From Eledone cirrhosa (lineage: Eukaryota): DNA of 64,000 bases. The stretch lies in assembly GCA_964016885.1 (NCBI GenBank), contig OZ024748.1:57350001-57414000 (forward strand). Direction: 5' to 3'. Below the pieces are notes generated by a model. It did not search any database. It saw only the letters and a program-made list of their open reading frames with translations, and was not told the origin of the DNA. Below, piece after piece: positions 50,153 through 64,000 of the stretch. A program made the position numbers and the translations under genes. Within the stretch, counting starts at the first letter, position 1. Every line of letters starts with the position of its first letter.

Positions 50153-51255
50153 TATCATCATCATCATCATTTTACATCCGATTTTCCCTGCTTGCAAGGG
50201 TGGGACGGGTCCTATTCAACACAGCATCTCTCCACTTGTCACGGTCCTTCGTCATCTCCACCGTGAGCTTCAGCGATCTGAGGTTTGTTCTCACCACCTC
50301 CGCCCATGTTTTTCGTGGTCTACCTCTACCATGTCTTCCCTCAGCTGACATTTCCTGGCACTTCTTCACCCATCGGTCATCCTCCATGCGCACCACATGT
50401 CCATACCACCACAATCTCCTCTCTCGCACACTACATTCTATCCCTCTCAGACACAGTTTCTCTCTCAACACATCCATGCTGGGTCATTCATGCACATTGA
50501 CATTGCACATCCAACGGAGCATGCTTGCCTCATTTCTCTCCAGCCATTGCATATCCTCTGCAGTTGCTGCTCAAGTCTCACTACCATGCAGCATCATGCT
50601 CCTCACAGAGGCATCATATAACCGGCCTTTCGTACGCAGGGAGAAATCCTTCTTCGTCAGCAGAAGAAGCAGCTCCCTAAATTTCTTCCAATCCCTCCTT
50701 ATTCTAGATACTATGGCCTCGGACCCCCCCCCCCCACCTCTCCCATGCTAATCTGATCTCCTAGGTACCGGAATCTATCAACCACTTCTATAGCATCCAC
50801 CTGCATTTGAAAAATGTGTCTATCAATGCGACTTCTACTGTCTAATTTCCCTGTACATCTACTGCATACGTATTTCTCCCTACCTGTTAGTTTGCCTGCT
50901 ATCCCTCTACATCTCTTGTGTACCCAAGATCTGCATTGTGTACAATTTATAGAATTTATGCCAGTTCCTTTTCTGCATATCGAACATGGACATTTCCCTG
51001 ACGGAATCAGAGTTTTGTCCTCTTTTCTACTCATCAACACTTTTGTCTTAGCTAGGTTCACTCTCAGTCCTCTTGCTTCCAACTGCTGTTTCCATAGCCA
51101 GAATTTATTCTCTAGCTCCTCTATTGATTCTGCTATAAGAACCAGATTGTCAGCATAGAGAAGTTCCCATGGACAGCCAGTCTTAAACTCCTCTGTTATG
51201 GCTTGGAGGACTATAATGAACAAGAGTGGGATGAGGACCGAACCTTGATGTACTG
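50153..51255 (-). mobile_element. 5'-truncated RTE-clade LINE (RT C-terminus, Cys-rich insertion, 3' tail); another 3' fragment ~46830-46990 (+)
   Basis: VHQGSVLIPLLF, LLYADNLVL, CSIC..CTQC..WVHKRC, RFRYLG, RLWWYGHVVRM, GRGRPRKTW; (ATG)n tail. Confidence 0.9.
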
Positions 51256-52259
51256 AAGCATGATACTAAAACAGCTTCAAATTAGTTTCTTCAATTAACC
51301 TTTTGATGAAGGGAGTCTATCCCGAAATATAAAAACCAATAAATAACTGGGGCAATCATAAATGTTAAATTTTTACAACTTTAGTTATATATATGGTGGA
51401 ATTAATCTATAAAATCCTTCTCATCATCATCATGACTGTTTAACGTCCATCTTTCCATGCTAGCATGGGTTAGGCAAGTTGGGTCACACAGAACTATTTC
51501 TGACTTGGTTTCTACAGCTAGATGGCCTTCCTAACACCAGAGAAATAACAAAGAGAAATAATTAGTTACATTTTAAAAATAGATTCATTCATGTATTTGT
51601 TAGATTTCTTTGATGCTGTTCTGAAGTTTCAATTATATATTTCGCAGCTGATTTTCTGATACTATTTAAATCACATTACTCATTTTTGGCCACAAGACAC
51701 CATTAGAAAGAAGCTTATTTGATAAACTTTATTTTTTACATGTCTTCATAAAATGATTTGTATTAATCATTAATTTTTTCTGTGAAAATTAATAAACAAT
51801 TCCGATAAATATTTTGATTGATGATAAAAACAAATAGATGCACCTGGTTTTTAAATGGTTTTCTTCTCGATTAGTTGTGTTGTATATACAAAAATTTGAA
51901 ATTTAAAATTGTGCAAAGACTTTACGATGAATTTGGCGTTAAAAGCAGCCATGAAGTTGTTTTGAATGCAGCATAGATATTGTTGCTAGTTTTTGTTACT
52001 TAGGTGACCTTAGCAGTTATTGTAGTTTTGAATTTCATGGTAATGAAGGACAGGCTTCAATGCAGAATATATGCAAATGCAAGTAAGAAAGGATGTGATG
52101 AACATGGTTATTTGCTTATGTAGTGTTAAGGCACAAATGAACTCAGACATAAAATAGGGACATCAACTGATATGTAAATTGACTTATAGATGAGTATATA
52201 TATATATCACTGTTTAATGTCCATTTCTTTGCTAGCATGGATATATATATATATATGTA

Positions 52260-52327
<68 letters not shown>

Positions 52328-52383
52328 GGAGAGAAAGTGAAAATGGCATAAAGTTTCATGTATATCTATCTATCCCCTCTCTG

Positions 52384-52452
<69 letters not shown>

Positions 52453-53782
52453 TGGGGATAGATAGATGTACATGAAACTTTCTGCCATTTTCACTTTGCA
52501 AGCAGGTAAAAGCTGACATAAGATGATGATGATGATTATGAGCAAAACATGGTCACCTGACCTAACATTGCCCACAACAGCACAACCCGTCCAGCCCATG
52601 CCAGTGTAAAATGGAGGTGATGATGATATATGTATATACACACAAATATATATATATATATACCATTATCATGATATATATATATATACATATACCATTA
52701 TCATGATATATATATATATACATATACCATTATTATGATATATATATATATATGTTTTGTTGGTTCCACAAAACATCCAACTCACACTGTAAAGTGGTCG
52801 TGTAAAAGATATGGCAAAAAGCACCCAGCACACAGTGTCAATGTGGTTGGAGCTAGGAAGGGCATCAAGCTGTAGAAAACCAGCCAGAAACAGTCCTATA
52901 TGAGTGAGACACAGTCACCCGAACCAATTTGCCTCTAAATGGGACAAACCTGTCTAATCTAACCCATGCTAGCGTGGAAGATAGATGTTAAATGATGATA
53001 ATGATGATTGAGGGAGAGAGGGAGAGAGATGGATATCTTTTTATTCTTCTCACATTCCCTCATTTTCTTGCTATATGTACACACACACACACATATATAT
53101 ATATAATCTATTGACTTGTACTGCTCCAGCAATCAGTGCACTATTGCACAATATGCAATAGCATATTTACCTCAAAGCATTCTTAGTGGAACAAATGTCA
53201 TTATGGACCTCGGGATGCTGTATTCAAAAAGAACTTAATGCATGATGTGTGAATGGTTGGGGGCAGTAAACACAGTAACTGTGTATAAATATCATGCATC
53301 TTTATTTGTAATATTCCATACAATTCTTTCAATGCTTCATAGAATGTACAACTAGTGCATTTGTCTGAACAAATCTTTAGTAGAACAAACTTTGCTAAAT
53401 GTCTCATAGATAGATGGAGAGATTCATGTATGAAGAATATCTATTTATTTATTTATTAGCACTGGTGATCTACACAATAAAAAGTATCCAGTACACACTG
53501 TAAAGTGGTTGCTGTTAGGAAGAGCATCCAGCTGTAGAAAGCTTGCTAAATAAGGGGTTAAAAGGACTGTTCAGTTTGTGTCAAAAGACCCAACTTCTGT
53601 GCACTTGATATTACCATATATAAGCAGGATACAGACTTCTTAGCCTGCCTCAGAGGTCAGTAGCTCTGCTTCAGTACTGACTTAGTCTATGTAGACCCAA
53701 CCAACCCTTGCTAGAGGGGAAAGCAGATGATAAATGATGATGACTTATTTATTTATCCATCCATCTATTTATTTATTTCTAG

Positions 53783-54029
53783 GTGCCAAGATGGATCTTC
53801 TGAACAAAATTACTTCTGAGATGCAACACACCTGCTCAGAAGTTGAGAAAATTCTCAGCCATGGTAACAAAATGGGTTTCAGTCCTTCCAAAACTTCCAC
53901 GATCACTATTTATTCTCCTGAGCCAAGTTTTAACCTAGACTGGCTTCCAGAAATATTTAGTGATCAAGATGATTCTTGGATTGAAATCCTTCTAGCTGTC
54001 ACTGACCTTTATGTATTGAGCAAAGCATG
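53783..54029 (+). CDS. LINS1: lines homolog, coding exon 3
   Basis: ttctag|GT phase 1, WLPEIFSDQDDSWIEILLAVTDLY (Lines N-domain QDD motif), donor TG|GTATGT phase 2. Confidence 0.85.
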
Positions 54030-54304
54030 GTATGTGCAATAGAGAACTAGCTTTCTATTTTGTTATTGTTATTACATGCTTGTTTAAAATGATGTAAAAT
54101 AATATTGATAATGATATGTATTTAAGTATTGTAAGTGTATGTTTAAGTTTAAATATATACGTATATGTATAAGTATATACATGTGAGCATTAATATATAT
54201 ACAAACATATACAAGCGCATTAGTAAGTGCTTACATATGTTTGTATAAAAAGAAGTATGTATGCATATGTGTAAGTATGTACATATATATATATGTATAT
54301 ATTT

Positions 54305-54636
54305 TCATTTTTCATTTCATTTCATTTTACGTCCGCTTTTTCCTGCTTGCAAGGGTGGGACGGGAACTGATTCTGGCTTGATTTCTACAGCTGGATGCCC
54401 TTCCTAACACCAACCTCACTTACAGTGAGTGCTGGGTGCTTTTTTGCCATGGCACCTCCACGACCACTTTGCAGTGGAATGATATGGAGGCCAGTCCCTA
54501 TCATCTCATTTCTACAGCTGAGTAAACTGGAGCAATGTAAAATAAAGTGTCTTGCTCAAAGAACAACACATCACCTGGTCTGAGAATTGAACTCACAACC
54601 TTTAGATTGCAAGGCCAATGCTCTAACCACTAAGCC
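54305..54636 (-). mobile_element. SINE family B copy
   Basis: Matches 37671-38002. Confidence 0.85.
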
Positions 54637-56094
54637 AATATATATATATATATATATATACAGGCATAGTAAGTGTGAGCATATATTTGTATAAAAATAA
54701 GTATGTATGTATGCATATGTGTAAGTGCGTACATATGTATGTATATATATTCATCCATATATATATATATATACACACATATGAGTATATGTGCCTGTAT
54801 ATATAGATGGAAGAACTAGTAAATACTAGCTATAACAGTGTTATGTTGCATCAATATTTAGTACCCGAGGGAAGAGAAGTTATGTTCAATATGGTTTTTG
54901 TTTCGATTTTAGCTTCAGTTTTTACAGTTAGGGAATTTTATGAATATTTTTTTCATTTCATTTCTTAAATTTATTCAGAACAGCATGTTTTGTTAAATAT
55001 ACAGATTATGGAAAGCAGATGTGAAATGATGTTGATGAGGATGATAATGTGTGTGTTTATATATATACATATATATGTGTGTGTGTATGTGGATGTTTAT
55101 ACATATATATATGTGTGTGTATGTATGTTTATATATATATATATATATAGATAGGCAGGCATAGCTGTTGGGTTATGTAGTTTACTGTGCAACCACATGA
55201 TTCTAGCTTTTTACCTAAGGTAGTCTTCTACTATATTTTCTGACTATTGCCTCAAAAACTTACTGTATGTATTTGATTTTAATATTGAATGTTAATGTAT
55301 TCATGTATTTTATCCCCATTGTGTAGTTTCAGGTAAGACTTTCTTCATTTGTTGTGATTACTTTATCGTTCATGTCTGCACGCTGTATTGTATTTTTGTC
55401 TTATTTTAATATAATCGAGTACAGTGTTTAAATGCCTTGCTACACACTATGACCTCGGTTAGTCCAGCTCTATTGTTGAGTATGTTTGAAACTGTTTAAC
55501 CCTTTAGCATTTAAACCAGCCATATCCGGTTAGGGTCCTCTCACTTCTTTCTGTTCAAACTGGCTGTAACTAGCTACTCATACTGAGGTTTAGGTATTGT
55601 TCTCAAAATAAATAATATCAAAATCACATAGATTCAACATTATGTGAGGTAAAACCTTTACCATGAAAATATAATAGTAAATATAGAGTAATGTAAATGC
55701 TAAAGGGATAAGTCAGTTTTGACAACCGATAACCACATAGTTATTATCTTGTTACCATTTTGTTCCTCATTTCACCATCCCCATGCTTGTATCTGTTGCC
55801 AGTTTTGCAATATATGACAAAAAATGATCAGTTCAAACTGTAACTTGGTTGTCTAGGAGTCACGACAAAAACCACCTTGCCCACACAGTAAAGTGTTCAT
55901 GTAGGTGTCACGACTAAAAGAACCCAGTATACACTATAAATGTGGTTGACATTATGAAGGGCATCCAGTCATTGAAACAGCCAAAATCAGTTCTGAATGA
56001 GCAAGATATGGTTATCTGACCTGGCTTGTCTCGCAACAGGATTTCTTGTTTAACCCATGCTAGCATGGAAAACTGACAGTAAACGGTGATGATG

Positions 56095-56141
<47 letters not shown>

Positions 56142-56142
56142 T

Positions 56143-56477
56143 GGAGGCACATGGCTTAGTGGTTAGAGCATTGGCCTTGCAATCAAAAAGTTGTGAGTTC
56201 AATTCTTGTACCAGGTGATGTGTTGTTTCCTTGAGCAAGACACTATATTTCACATTGCTCCAGTTTACTCAGCTGTAGAAATGAGATGATAGGGACTGGG
56301 GTCCATATCATTCCACTGCAAAGTGGTCGTGGAGGTGCCACAGCAAAAAAGCACCCAGCACTCACTGTAAATGAGGTTGGTGTTAGGAAGGGCATCTAGT
56401 TGTAGAAATCAAGCCAGAATCAGTTCCCGTCCCACCCTTGCAAGCAGGAAAAAGCGGACGTAAAATGATGATGATGA
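56143..56477 (+). mobile_element. SINE family B copy (another, 5'-clipped, at 57297-57610)
   Basis: Matches 38911-39249. Confidence 0.85.
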
Positions 56478-56539
56478 TATAGTATATGATCATAGTATAA
56501 TAGACTTTTCAAGGATTTATACCAGTCCAGCCTCCTGTT

Positions 56540-56577
<38 letters not shown>

Positions 56578-56804
56578 TAGATAGATACATACATGCATAT
56601 ATATATATATATAACGAAGGAAGTGTGGTAAGGAACCAGATGGACCACAACACACCAGAGTACTCAATACTTAGGGTAGTAGAGTGGGTAATAGGAAAAT
56701 GTTTAACCCCGACTGCAGAGCTCAAGCTCTTTCAACGGTTATTTCAGTCCAGAAATAGCAGCCGGCGAAACGGCTTGAGCTCTGCCATCAGAGTTAAACA
56801 TTTT

Positions 56805-56852
<48 letters not shown>

Positions 56853-56857
56853 CCTTT

Positions 56858-56916
<59 letters not shown>

Positions 56917-57239
56917 AATATATATATAAACACACACAAATCTATTATATATTTTTATACACTAAAATAAAGATAAAAAGCAACCACACAAATACAATCT
57001 ACAAATTGATAAATAGAAAATTGTCAAAAAAATTAATTATGAAATTTTCTTGTGTTTTAGTTAAAGTATGGAGGAGATAGATGCAGAAAAATATAAGTGG
57101 TAAAAAGAACATATAATCATGCCCTAAGACACTAGACTGTATTATAATTAAATTCTGTCTGAAGAAAGTTTCAGATTCTCAAACATCATTATATGTTATA
57201 TATGGTATACGTGCATGCACATGAACAAAAATGCACACA

Positions 57240-57299
<60 letters not shown>

Positions 57300-57619
57300 T
57301 GGCCTTGAAATCGAAAGGTTGTGAGTTCAATTCTCAGACCGGGTGATGTGTTGTTTCCTTGAGCAAGACACTTTATTTCACATTGCTCAAGTTTACTCAG
57401 CTGTAGAAATGAGATGATAGGGACTAGGGTCCATATCATTCCACTGCAAAGTGGTCGTGGAGGTGCCATGGCAAAAAAGCACCCAGCACTCACTGTAAAC
57501 GAGGTTGGTGTTAGGAAGGGCATCTAGTTGTAGAAATCAAGCCAGAATCAGTTCTCGTCCCACCCTTGCAAGCAGGGAAAAGCGGACGTAAAATGAAATG
57601 AAATGAAATGAATATATAT

Positions 57620-58012
57620 ATAATGAGGTCTGTAGGTGCACGACAAAAAAAAATACACAGTCCACGCTGTAATGTGGCCATGTAGGCAACACGGTAAAAA
57701 CCTCCCAGTCCACACTGTAAATGTGGTTGGTGTGGGGAAGGGCACCCAGCCGTAGAAAACCCGCCAGACATGTAGGTGTCACGACAAAAAAACACACAGT
57801 CCACGCTATAATGTGGCCGTGTAGGTAACACGGTAAAAACCTCCCAGTCCACACTGTAAACGTGGTTGGTGTTAGGAAGGGCATCCAGCCGTAAAAACCC
57901 GCCAGACAGTCCTATACGAGCAGGACAACCAATCTTGCCTCAAGTGGGAAAACTCCCGTCCAAACCTATGCAAGCGTGGAAGATGGACGTTAAACGATGA
58001 TGATGATGATGA
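57620..58012 (+). repeat. Retroposon 3' fragment with internal tandem units and RTE-like (ATG)n tail; relatives at ~38005-38090, 49690-49850, 52770-53010, 58705-58930
   Basis: Shared GTTGGTGTTAGGAAGGGCATCCAGC..CCCATGCAAGCGTGGAAGATGGACGTTAAA(TGA)n. Confidence 0.65.
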
Positions 58013-59113
58013 TATATATGAGTGTGTCTGTGTGTGTGTATGTGAATGTAAACATACATAAGATAATGATGTATATACACACACAAATGCACTGAATATA
58101 TATAAATAAATAATGAAATTATTGTGTAAAGTGCTCAGGTGCACTACAACTCGTCAAAGGTGTATGTATAGTACATAGAATAATACACAAATGTCATATA
58201 TATATATGTGTTTGTGTGTATGTGTGCATGAGCATGTATACGTATATAACATAATTATGTATATACACTCACAAACACGCTCACTATATATATATGTGTG
58301 TATGTGTATGCATACATATACATCTACAATATAGCGTAGTTTGTTAGAAAGCACTAATGGTGTACATACGCACATGCATATATGAACTCTCCATGTGTAT
58401 GGTTATGCACACCACTAGGATTTTGTAACCCAAAGTAATGGATTGTAGATATGAGTAAGTGTGCATGTATGTGAAGGTATATATATATAAATATATATAT
58501 TGGAAAAGAGTCAGGACCTTGAGGGCTGAGTTCCGGCCATTTTGACATCTAGATCTGATCTAGCTGTCGAAATGGCTGGAGCTCAGCTGTCGGAGACCTG
58601 ACTCTTTTGCTATTAGCCACTCTACTACCCTAAGTATTGAGTACTCCGGTGTGTTATGGTCCTCCTGGTTCCTTACCACACTTTCTTTGTTATATATATA
58701 TATATCATCATCATCATCGTTTAACGTCCATCTTCCATGCTAGGATGGGTTAGACGGTTTTGTTCCATTTGATGTGGGAATGGTCGGGAGACCATGTCTC
58801 GCTTTCACAGAAGCATCTCTGGCAGGTTTTTTTACAGGTGGATGCCCTTCCCAACACCAACCTCATTTACAGTGTGGACTGGGAGCCTTTTCACTATGTC
58901 TCCTACATGGCCACCTTACAGTGTGGACTGTTGGGTCTGGTGACTGAGCTCTTGCCATTTCAACAGCAATGAATTTGTTGTCAAAAGAGCTGTGTTCAGC
59001 TGTTGGGCCCTAACATTCTAATATATTTACGCTCTACTATCCCAAGTATCGAGAACTCTGCGAAATAATGGTCTTACTATTTTAAAACTAGTAAAATCCT
59101 TCTCTCTCCTATC

Positions 59114-59157
<44 letters not shown>

Positions 59158-59299
59158 TATATATATATATATATAACAAAGGAATTGTGGTAAGGAACCA
59201 GATGGACCATAACACACCAAAGTACTCAATACTTAGGGTAGTAGAGTGGGTAATAGCCGTCGAAATGGCTTGAGCTCTGCTGTCGGGGTCATACTTGTT

Positions 59300-59340
<41 letters not shown>

Positions 59341-59548
59341 TAGATATTAATTTAACAATGAAAACAATAACAAAGTCAAGTTATTTTACCTAATATATAT
59401 ATTTATATATATATATATATGAATATACATTTATATATCTGTCATTATTCATATATGCATATATTTGTGTATGAGCTGACCTATTTTGACACTGAAGGGT
59501 TAGGGAATCTAAACTCAGTTGTATGTTTCATGAATATGTATATTTTCG

Positions 59549-59579
<31 letters not shown>

Positions 59580-62227
59580 TATTTTGTTCAGTTTGTCATC
59601 AGTCTTTGTCATCTGGCACATAAAGAAACAGAGAACATTGGTCAATCAAATTAACATTTTCTTATTGCAAATGCCAAAAGACTAATACATGCCTTCTTTA
59701 GCAGTATTGAACTAAAGATGTTATGATACATACAGAAGATTTTAGCTGAACTAAAGTAAGCTGAACCATACAACATGAACACTGTATTTGTAAGGTGGAG
59801 GGTAGATTTAAGCCACTGCATATGCCATCTTTCATTATGATAAAGTATGTTATCAGAATCTGTGTACACCATTCGTATTGAGTATTAGTGTTCAGGAACC
59901 AACAAGTGATCCTATAGTTTGTCACTCAATCTGTTGGAATTACCACCACATATTCCTACTGCATTATAAAAGTAGTGAAACATTAGTTATGCTATGTAAA
60001 GTCTGTCTCAAGCTCGGGAGCTCATCAGGCTGGTGCTTATCCAGCTCTCTGTGGTGTTAAGCAACTGAGAGTAGAAGACTCTACCTGGACAGGATCAGTG
60101 CCAGGTTTACCATCGTGCTAAGGTGTGCTTAGCACAGGTCCCTGTTGGACAGGAGGGGCATCCTGACAAAATAATTTTTTACCATAGATTTTTCAAATGT
60201 TCTTCAAATGTCAAACGTTCAAAGGAGCCTCAAATCATAACTAACACAGGGCCTCACTTGTCCTAAATCCAACACTGGACAGGATGCCAGTCCATTGAAG
60301 GGTTAAACTCTCAGCTATTGCTGACACTTACTTTTAGCTAAGTATACTGGAGTAACATGAAATGATGTGTTTTGCTCAAGAACATAATACACAACCCAGT
60401 CAAGGAATTGAACCCATGATGTTGGGATCGTAAATCCAACACCATTGCTACTAGGCCACACAACTCCACTGTCTGTTATGCTATGTTTGACAACAAAGAC
60501 AGGATAACCAATGGCTAGAAAGCTACTACCCATACATCTATTTGATTAGATTTGATTTGCAGCTAAACAACAACAAACTCCATAAAACTCATGAATATAT
60601 CAGTTGATCATTTGTTTATTCTAATTTTGAAACAACTTGATTAGTAGGAAAAATGTGGTCAAATGGTTAAGATGTTAGACTGACAATAACAAGGTTCTGA
60701 ATTTGATTGCCAGACTAGGTAATGCATTATATCATTGAGCAAAGCTCCCATTCCGTACTATTCCAATTTACTTAGGTGAAAATAGGTACCAGCAAAATTT
60801 GAAGGTTAGCCCTGCAACAGACTGGCTTTTTGAACTCTCAATTGCTTAATATCTATGAAAGCAAGATAAGTTCAGGTTATTACCCAGCCTGTATAAGCAC
60901 TAGAAAATGGTCAAAAAACTTGCTTGAGAGGTGTTTCTTCTCTGAAGACCTTCTTCTGAGAATTTGTTACCACTTCTTACCCCTGGCCATAAAATGACAA
61001 CCAACTCATCTGACAGAATATAACTAAATATACAGATTTACTGAATGCCTCACTTATTTCTGACACTATAAGAGTTATTTGTTATTTTAATAATTTTTGG
61101 CTGGCCATCTACTAAATTCTATTTTCTAGCTAGAATCTCTACTAAATTAAAATCAGAACTTTCATTGCACAGTCATAATGTTGTAACCCATTAGCATTTA
61201 AACCGGCTGTATCTGGCCAGAATCCTCTCACCTCTTTCTGTTCAAACCAGCCATAACCGGCCATTCATACCGATGTTTAGGTATTGTTCTCAAAATAAAT
61301 AATATCAAAATCTCATAGATTCCATATTATGTGGGATAATTATGTGAAGGAAAGCCTTTATCATGAAAATACAATAGTAAATATAGAGTAATGTAAATGC
61401 TGAATGGTTAAACTGATATTTACCATGCTGTGCACTTTGCTCTCTCTACAATTGTAAACTTTATCTTCCTCAGTTAAGGATTCAATATTTAAGAAAAAGT
61501 AAATTAAGATATAGGAAAATATAGGACAAATTACTTTATATTGATATTCTTTTAATGCATAACAATTTTCTGTAGATGGGTGGTAAAAGAATATTAAAAA
61601 TATAAATAATTAAGAAGTGCATAAGAGAGACACCATTTTTTTTGTCTCATTGTGGAATTAAACCCATGGATGCCTTATCAGCAGTGCAGCTTAATGATTC
61701 AATTGCTTGGTTTCAATGTTAATTAACAATTTATTAGGATTTGTTTATTTGTCTCTCTCCCAAAACTATCAATGAATATAGCTGAAGGCTACCTATTAAG
61801 ATGTAAACAAGTGTGCGCCTAGATACAAGTTCATTTGCAGGCAGACGCTAAGTTATCATTATTCAGTGTTAATTAAAAGTGGAGAGAAAAAAATAAAAGA
61901 ACTAAAACTCAGAAACTAAATAATGACATAAAACCAAAACAAAATAAAAAGGTAATCATTTGCGTCTGGATAATAAGCCAGTTGTTTTTAAGCTGATTTT
62001 CTTTTCTAGAATATTCTTGACTGAAATGAAAATTAAGAATAACATAAAATGCAGTGAAAGATGATAACATTACATAAATATAGAATATGTTGTTACTATT
62101 TGGAAAGATGAAATAGAATTTAAAAAACAAACAGATAAATATTCTTCCAAATAAAAATGACAAAGAAAAAAACATAAAAAATATCTGGCACTTAATATAT
62201 ATATTTTTTCTCTCTTTATTTCTGTAG

Positions 62228-63305
62228 GTATGAAACAGAATCAAGTTTAAATATGCTGTCCAACCTTGTCAACCCACACAAACTATTTATTCAGCTGCTC
62301 AAGTCAATGGCCTTTGATCATTGTGTTTTGTTGGATCTACTCACCTCTCCAGAGACTTGCTTTCTATTGTATTTTTTAAAATATCTAAAATTAGTCTCAC
62401 AAGAATGGTGTATATTTGTGCAGTTACACAAAGAATACAGTTACGTTGCTGAATACAACACAAGCAATTATTCAAATCTTCTCATAGATGACAGTCATCC
62501 TACAAGTTTGAAAGAGGAAACAGAGAAACATGATATGGCTGTATGTCTGAATTCAGCCAGTAAAATTTCATATGAGATGAAAATAAATGCTGAGAAACCT
62601 CAGTGTTTCTCACAATTTTCTTTTCACTGTGAATCAAATACCAGTGAGCCAGTCTTTCATAAAAATCAAATCGATTTAAATGAAAGTTCATTATTATCTT
62701 GCAACAAACATTTGAATGAAGGAAAAAATGAAAAAATTATAGAACAGAAATCAAGTTTGGGATTATCCTGGATACAGATGTATTCTGACAGTGAAGAAGA
62801 ATCAGTTTCTGAGAATAGTAGCCCTAATATTCATACAACATTTGGTGACTATTCTCCCGTCTACAGCAACATTACTCATTCTTATGGTGACTCTTCTGTT
62901 CAAAATGTTCATGACATCTCACTACCAGATATTCCAGATAAAAATCAGAACAATGAAATTAAAGAATTCTCTTCTGCCACCACCATTTTAAAATCACATA
63001 CCAGCATCAATACCAATGTACAGAAATCTAACAAAAAGCAAAAAATAGAAAAAGATATCAACAAAACAGGGTGTCAAATAGACCTTGATACAGTGTCCCA
63101 TATAGGTGATAGTACTTCACAGAAACTCAGTGGTGATTGCTCCAATGCTTCAGTTTCTGGGTCAGGTGCTCTTGATCAAACTCTAGGTTGTCTCATTCGA
63201 TTACAGCTTTCTCTAGAGAGATTAAACAGATCAGAAATGTTTCCTTATAATCCAGAAAAACTCATTCAAGCTTTACAGCATTGTATCTTTTTGTATGAAT
63301 CATGA
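62228..63305 (+). CDS. LINS1: lines homolog, final coding exon
   Basis: tgtag|G completes Trp; NPHKLF..FDHCVLLDLLTSPETCFLLYFLKYLK (Lines N) and CLIRLQLSLERL..FPYNPEKL (Lines C); four exons total 2733 nt = 910 aa + stop. Confidence 0.92.
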
Positions 63306-63352
63306 CAGAATATTTAATTCTTCTTCTTATTATTATCATTATTAGAGGATAC

Positions 63353-64000
63353 TGGATTGGCAGTATCAGTGGAGCTCCGGATAACATGCTTTGTGGCACA
63401 GATTTACGTCCCTTTACATTCTGAATTCCAATCCCACTTAGGTTATCTTTGCCTTTCAGCCTTATGGGGTTGATAAAATAAAGTACAGGTCTTGTACTGG
63501 GGTCAATTTAATAGACTTTCTGTTCCCCCTAAATTGCTGGCCTTGTGTCTATATAAGAAACCATTATTATTATTATTGCCTTTCATCCTTACGGGGTCGA
63601 TAAAATAAAGTACCAGTAATGCACTGGGTAATTGCTGGCCTTGTGCCTAAAGTAGAAACAATTATTATTATTATTGATTGACAAGGCGATGGATTAGCAG
63701 TATCGGTAGAGGGTCGGACGCCATGCTTTCCAGCATAGTTACGTCCCTTTACGATCTGAGTTCAAATCCCGCCGAAGTTGACTTTGCCTTTCATCCTTAC
63801 GGGGTCGAAAAAATAAAGTACCAGTAATGCACTGGGTAATTGCTGGCCTTGTGCCTAAAGTAGAAACAATTATTATTATTGATTGGCAGAATCATTAGGG
63901 TATCAGATAAAATACTTTGTAATATTTCTTCCTGTTTCTACATTTCCAAGTTCAAATCATATTGAGGCCAACATTGCCTTTCATTCGTCCATAAAATAAA
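63353..64000 (+). mobile_element. Cluster of SINE family A copies directly after the lines stop codon
   Basis: Copies at ~63353, ~63577 (partial), ~63685, ~63880 separated by (TTA)n. Confidence 0.8.

Overview
AT-rich, microsatellite- and transposon-dense eukaryotic (animal) DNA. The SINE families and gene content suggest a mollusc, probably a coleoid cephalopod such as octopus (inference). Two host genes lie on the + strand. One is a TALPID3/KIAA0586 homolog encoded by a single uninterrupted ~6.66 kb ORF (26865-33527). The other is a lines/LINS1 homolog with four phase-consistent coding exons (45385-63305, ~910 aa). The rest is mobile-element debris: a Tx1/L1-clade LINE, an internally deleted Helitron with both termini, RTE, R4/Dong and HERO-like LINE pieces, a Penelope-like RT remnant, two tRNA-derived SINE families, and Tc1/mariner, pogo, hAT and piggyBac-type MITEs. 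The most notable unannotated signal is a set of type-I hammerhead ribozyme motifs (several complete, many partial) tied to Penelope-like repeats. Many sit in fold-back hairpins whose turning point lies in the ribozyme's own stems and whose inverted arm usually ends in (TA)n. All calls were made by eye; no database searches or folding computations were run.
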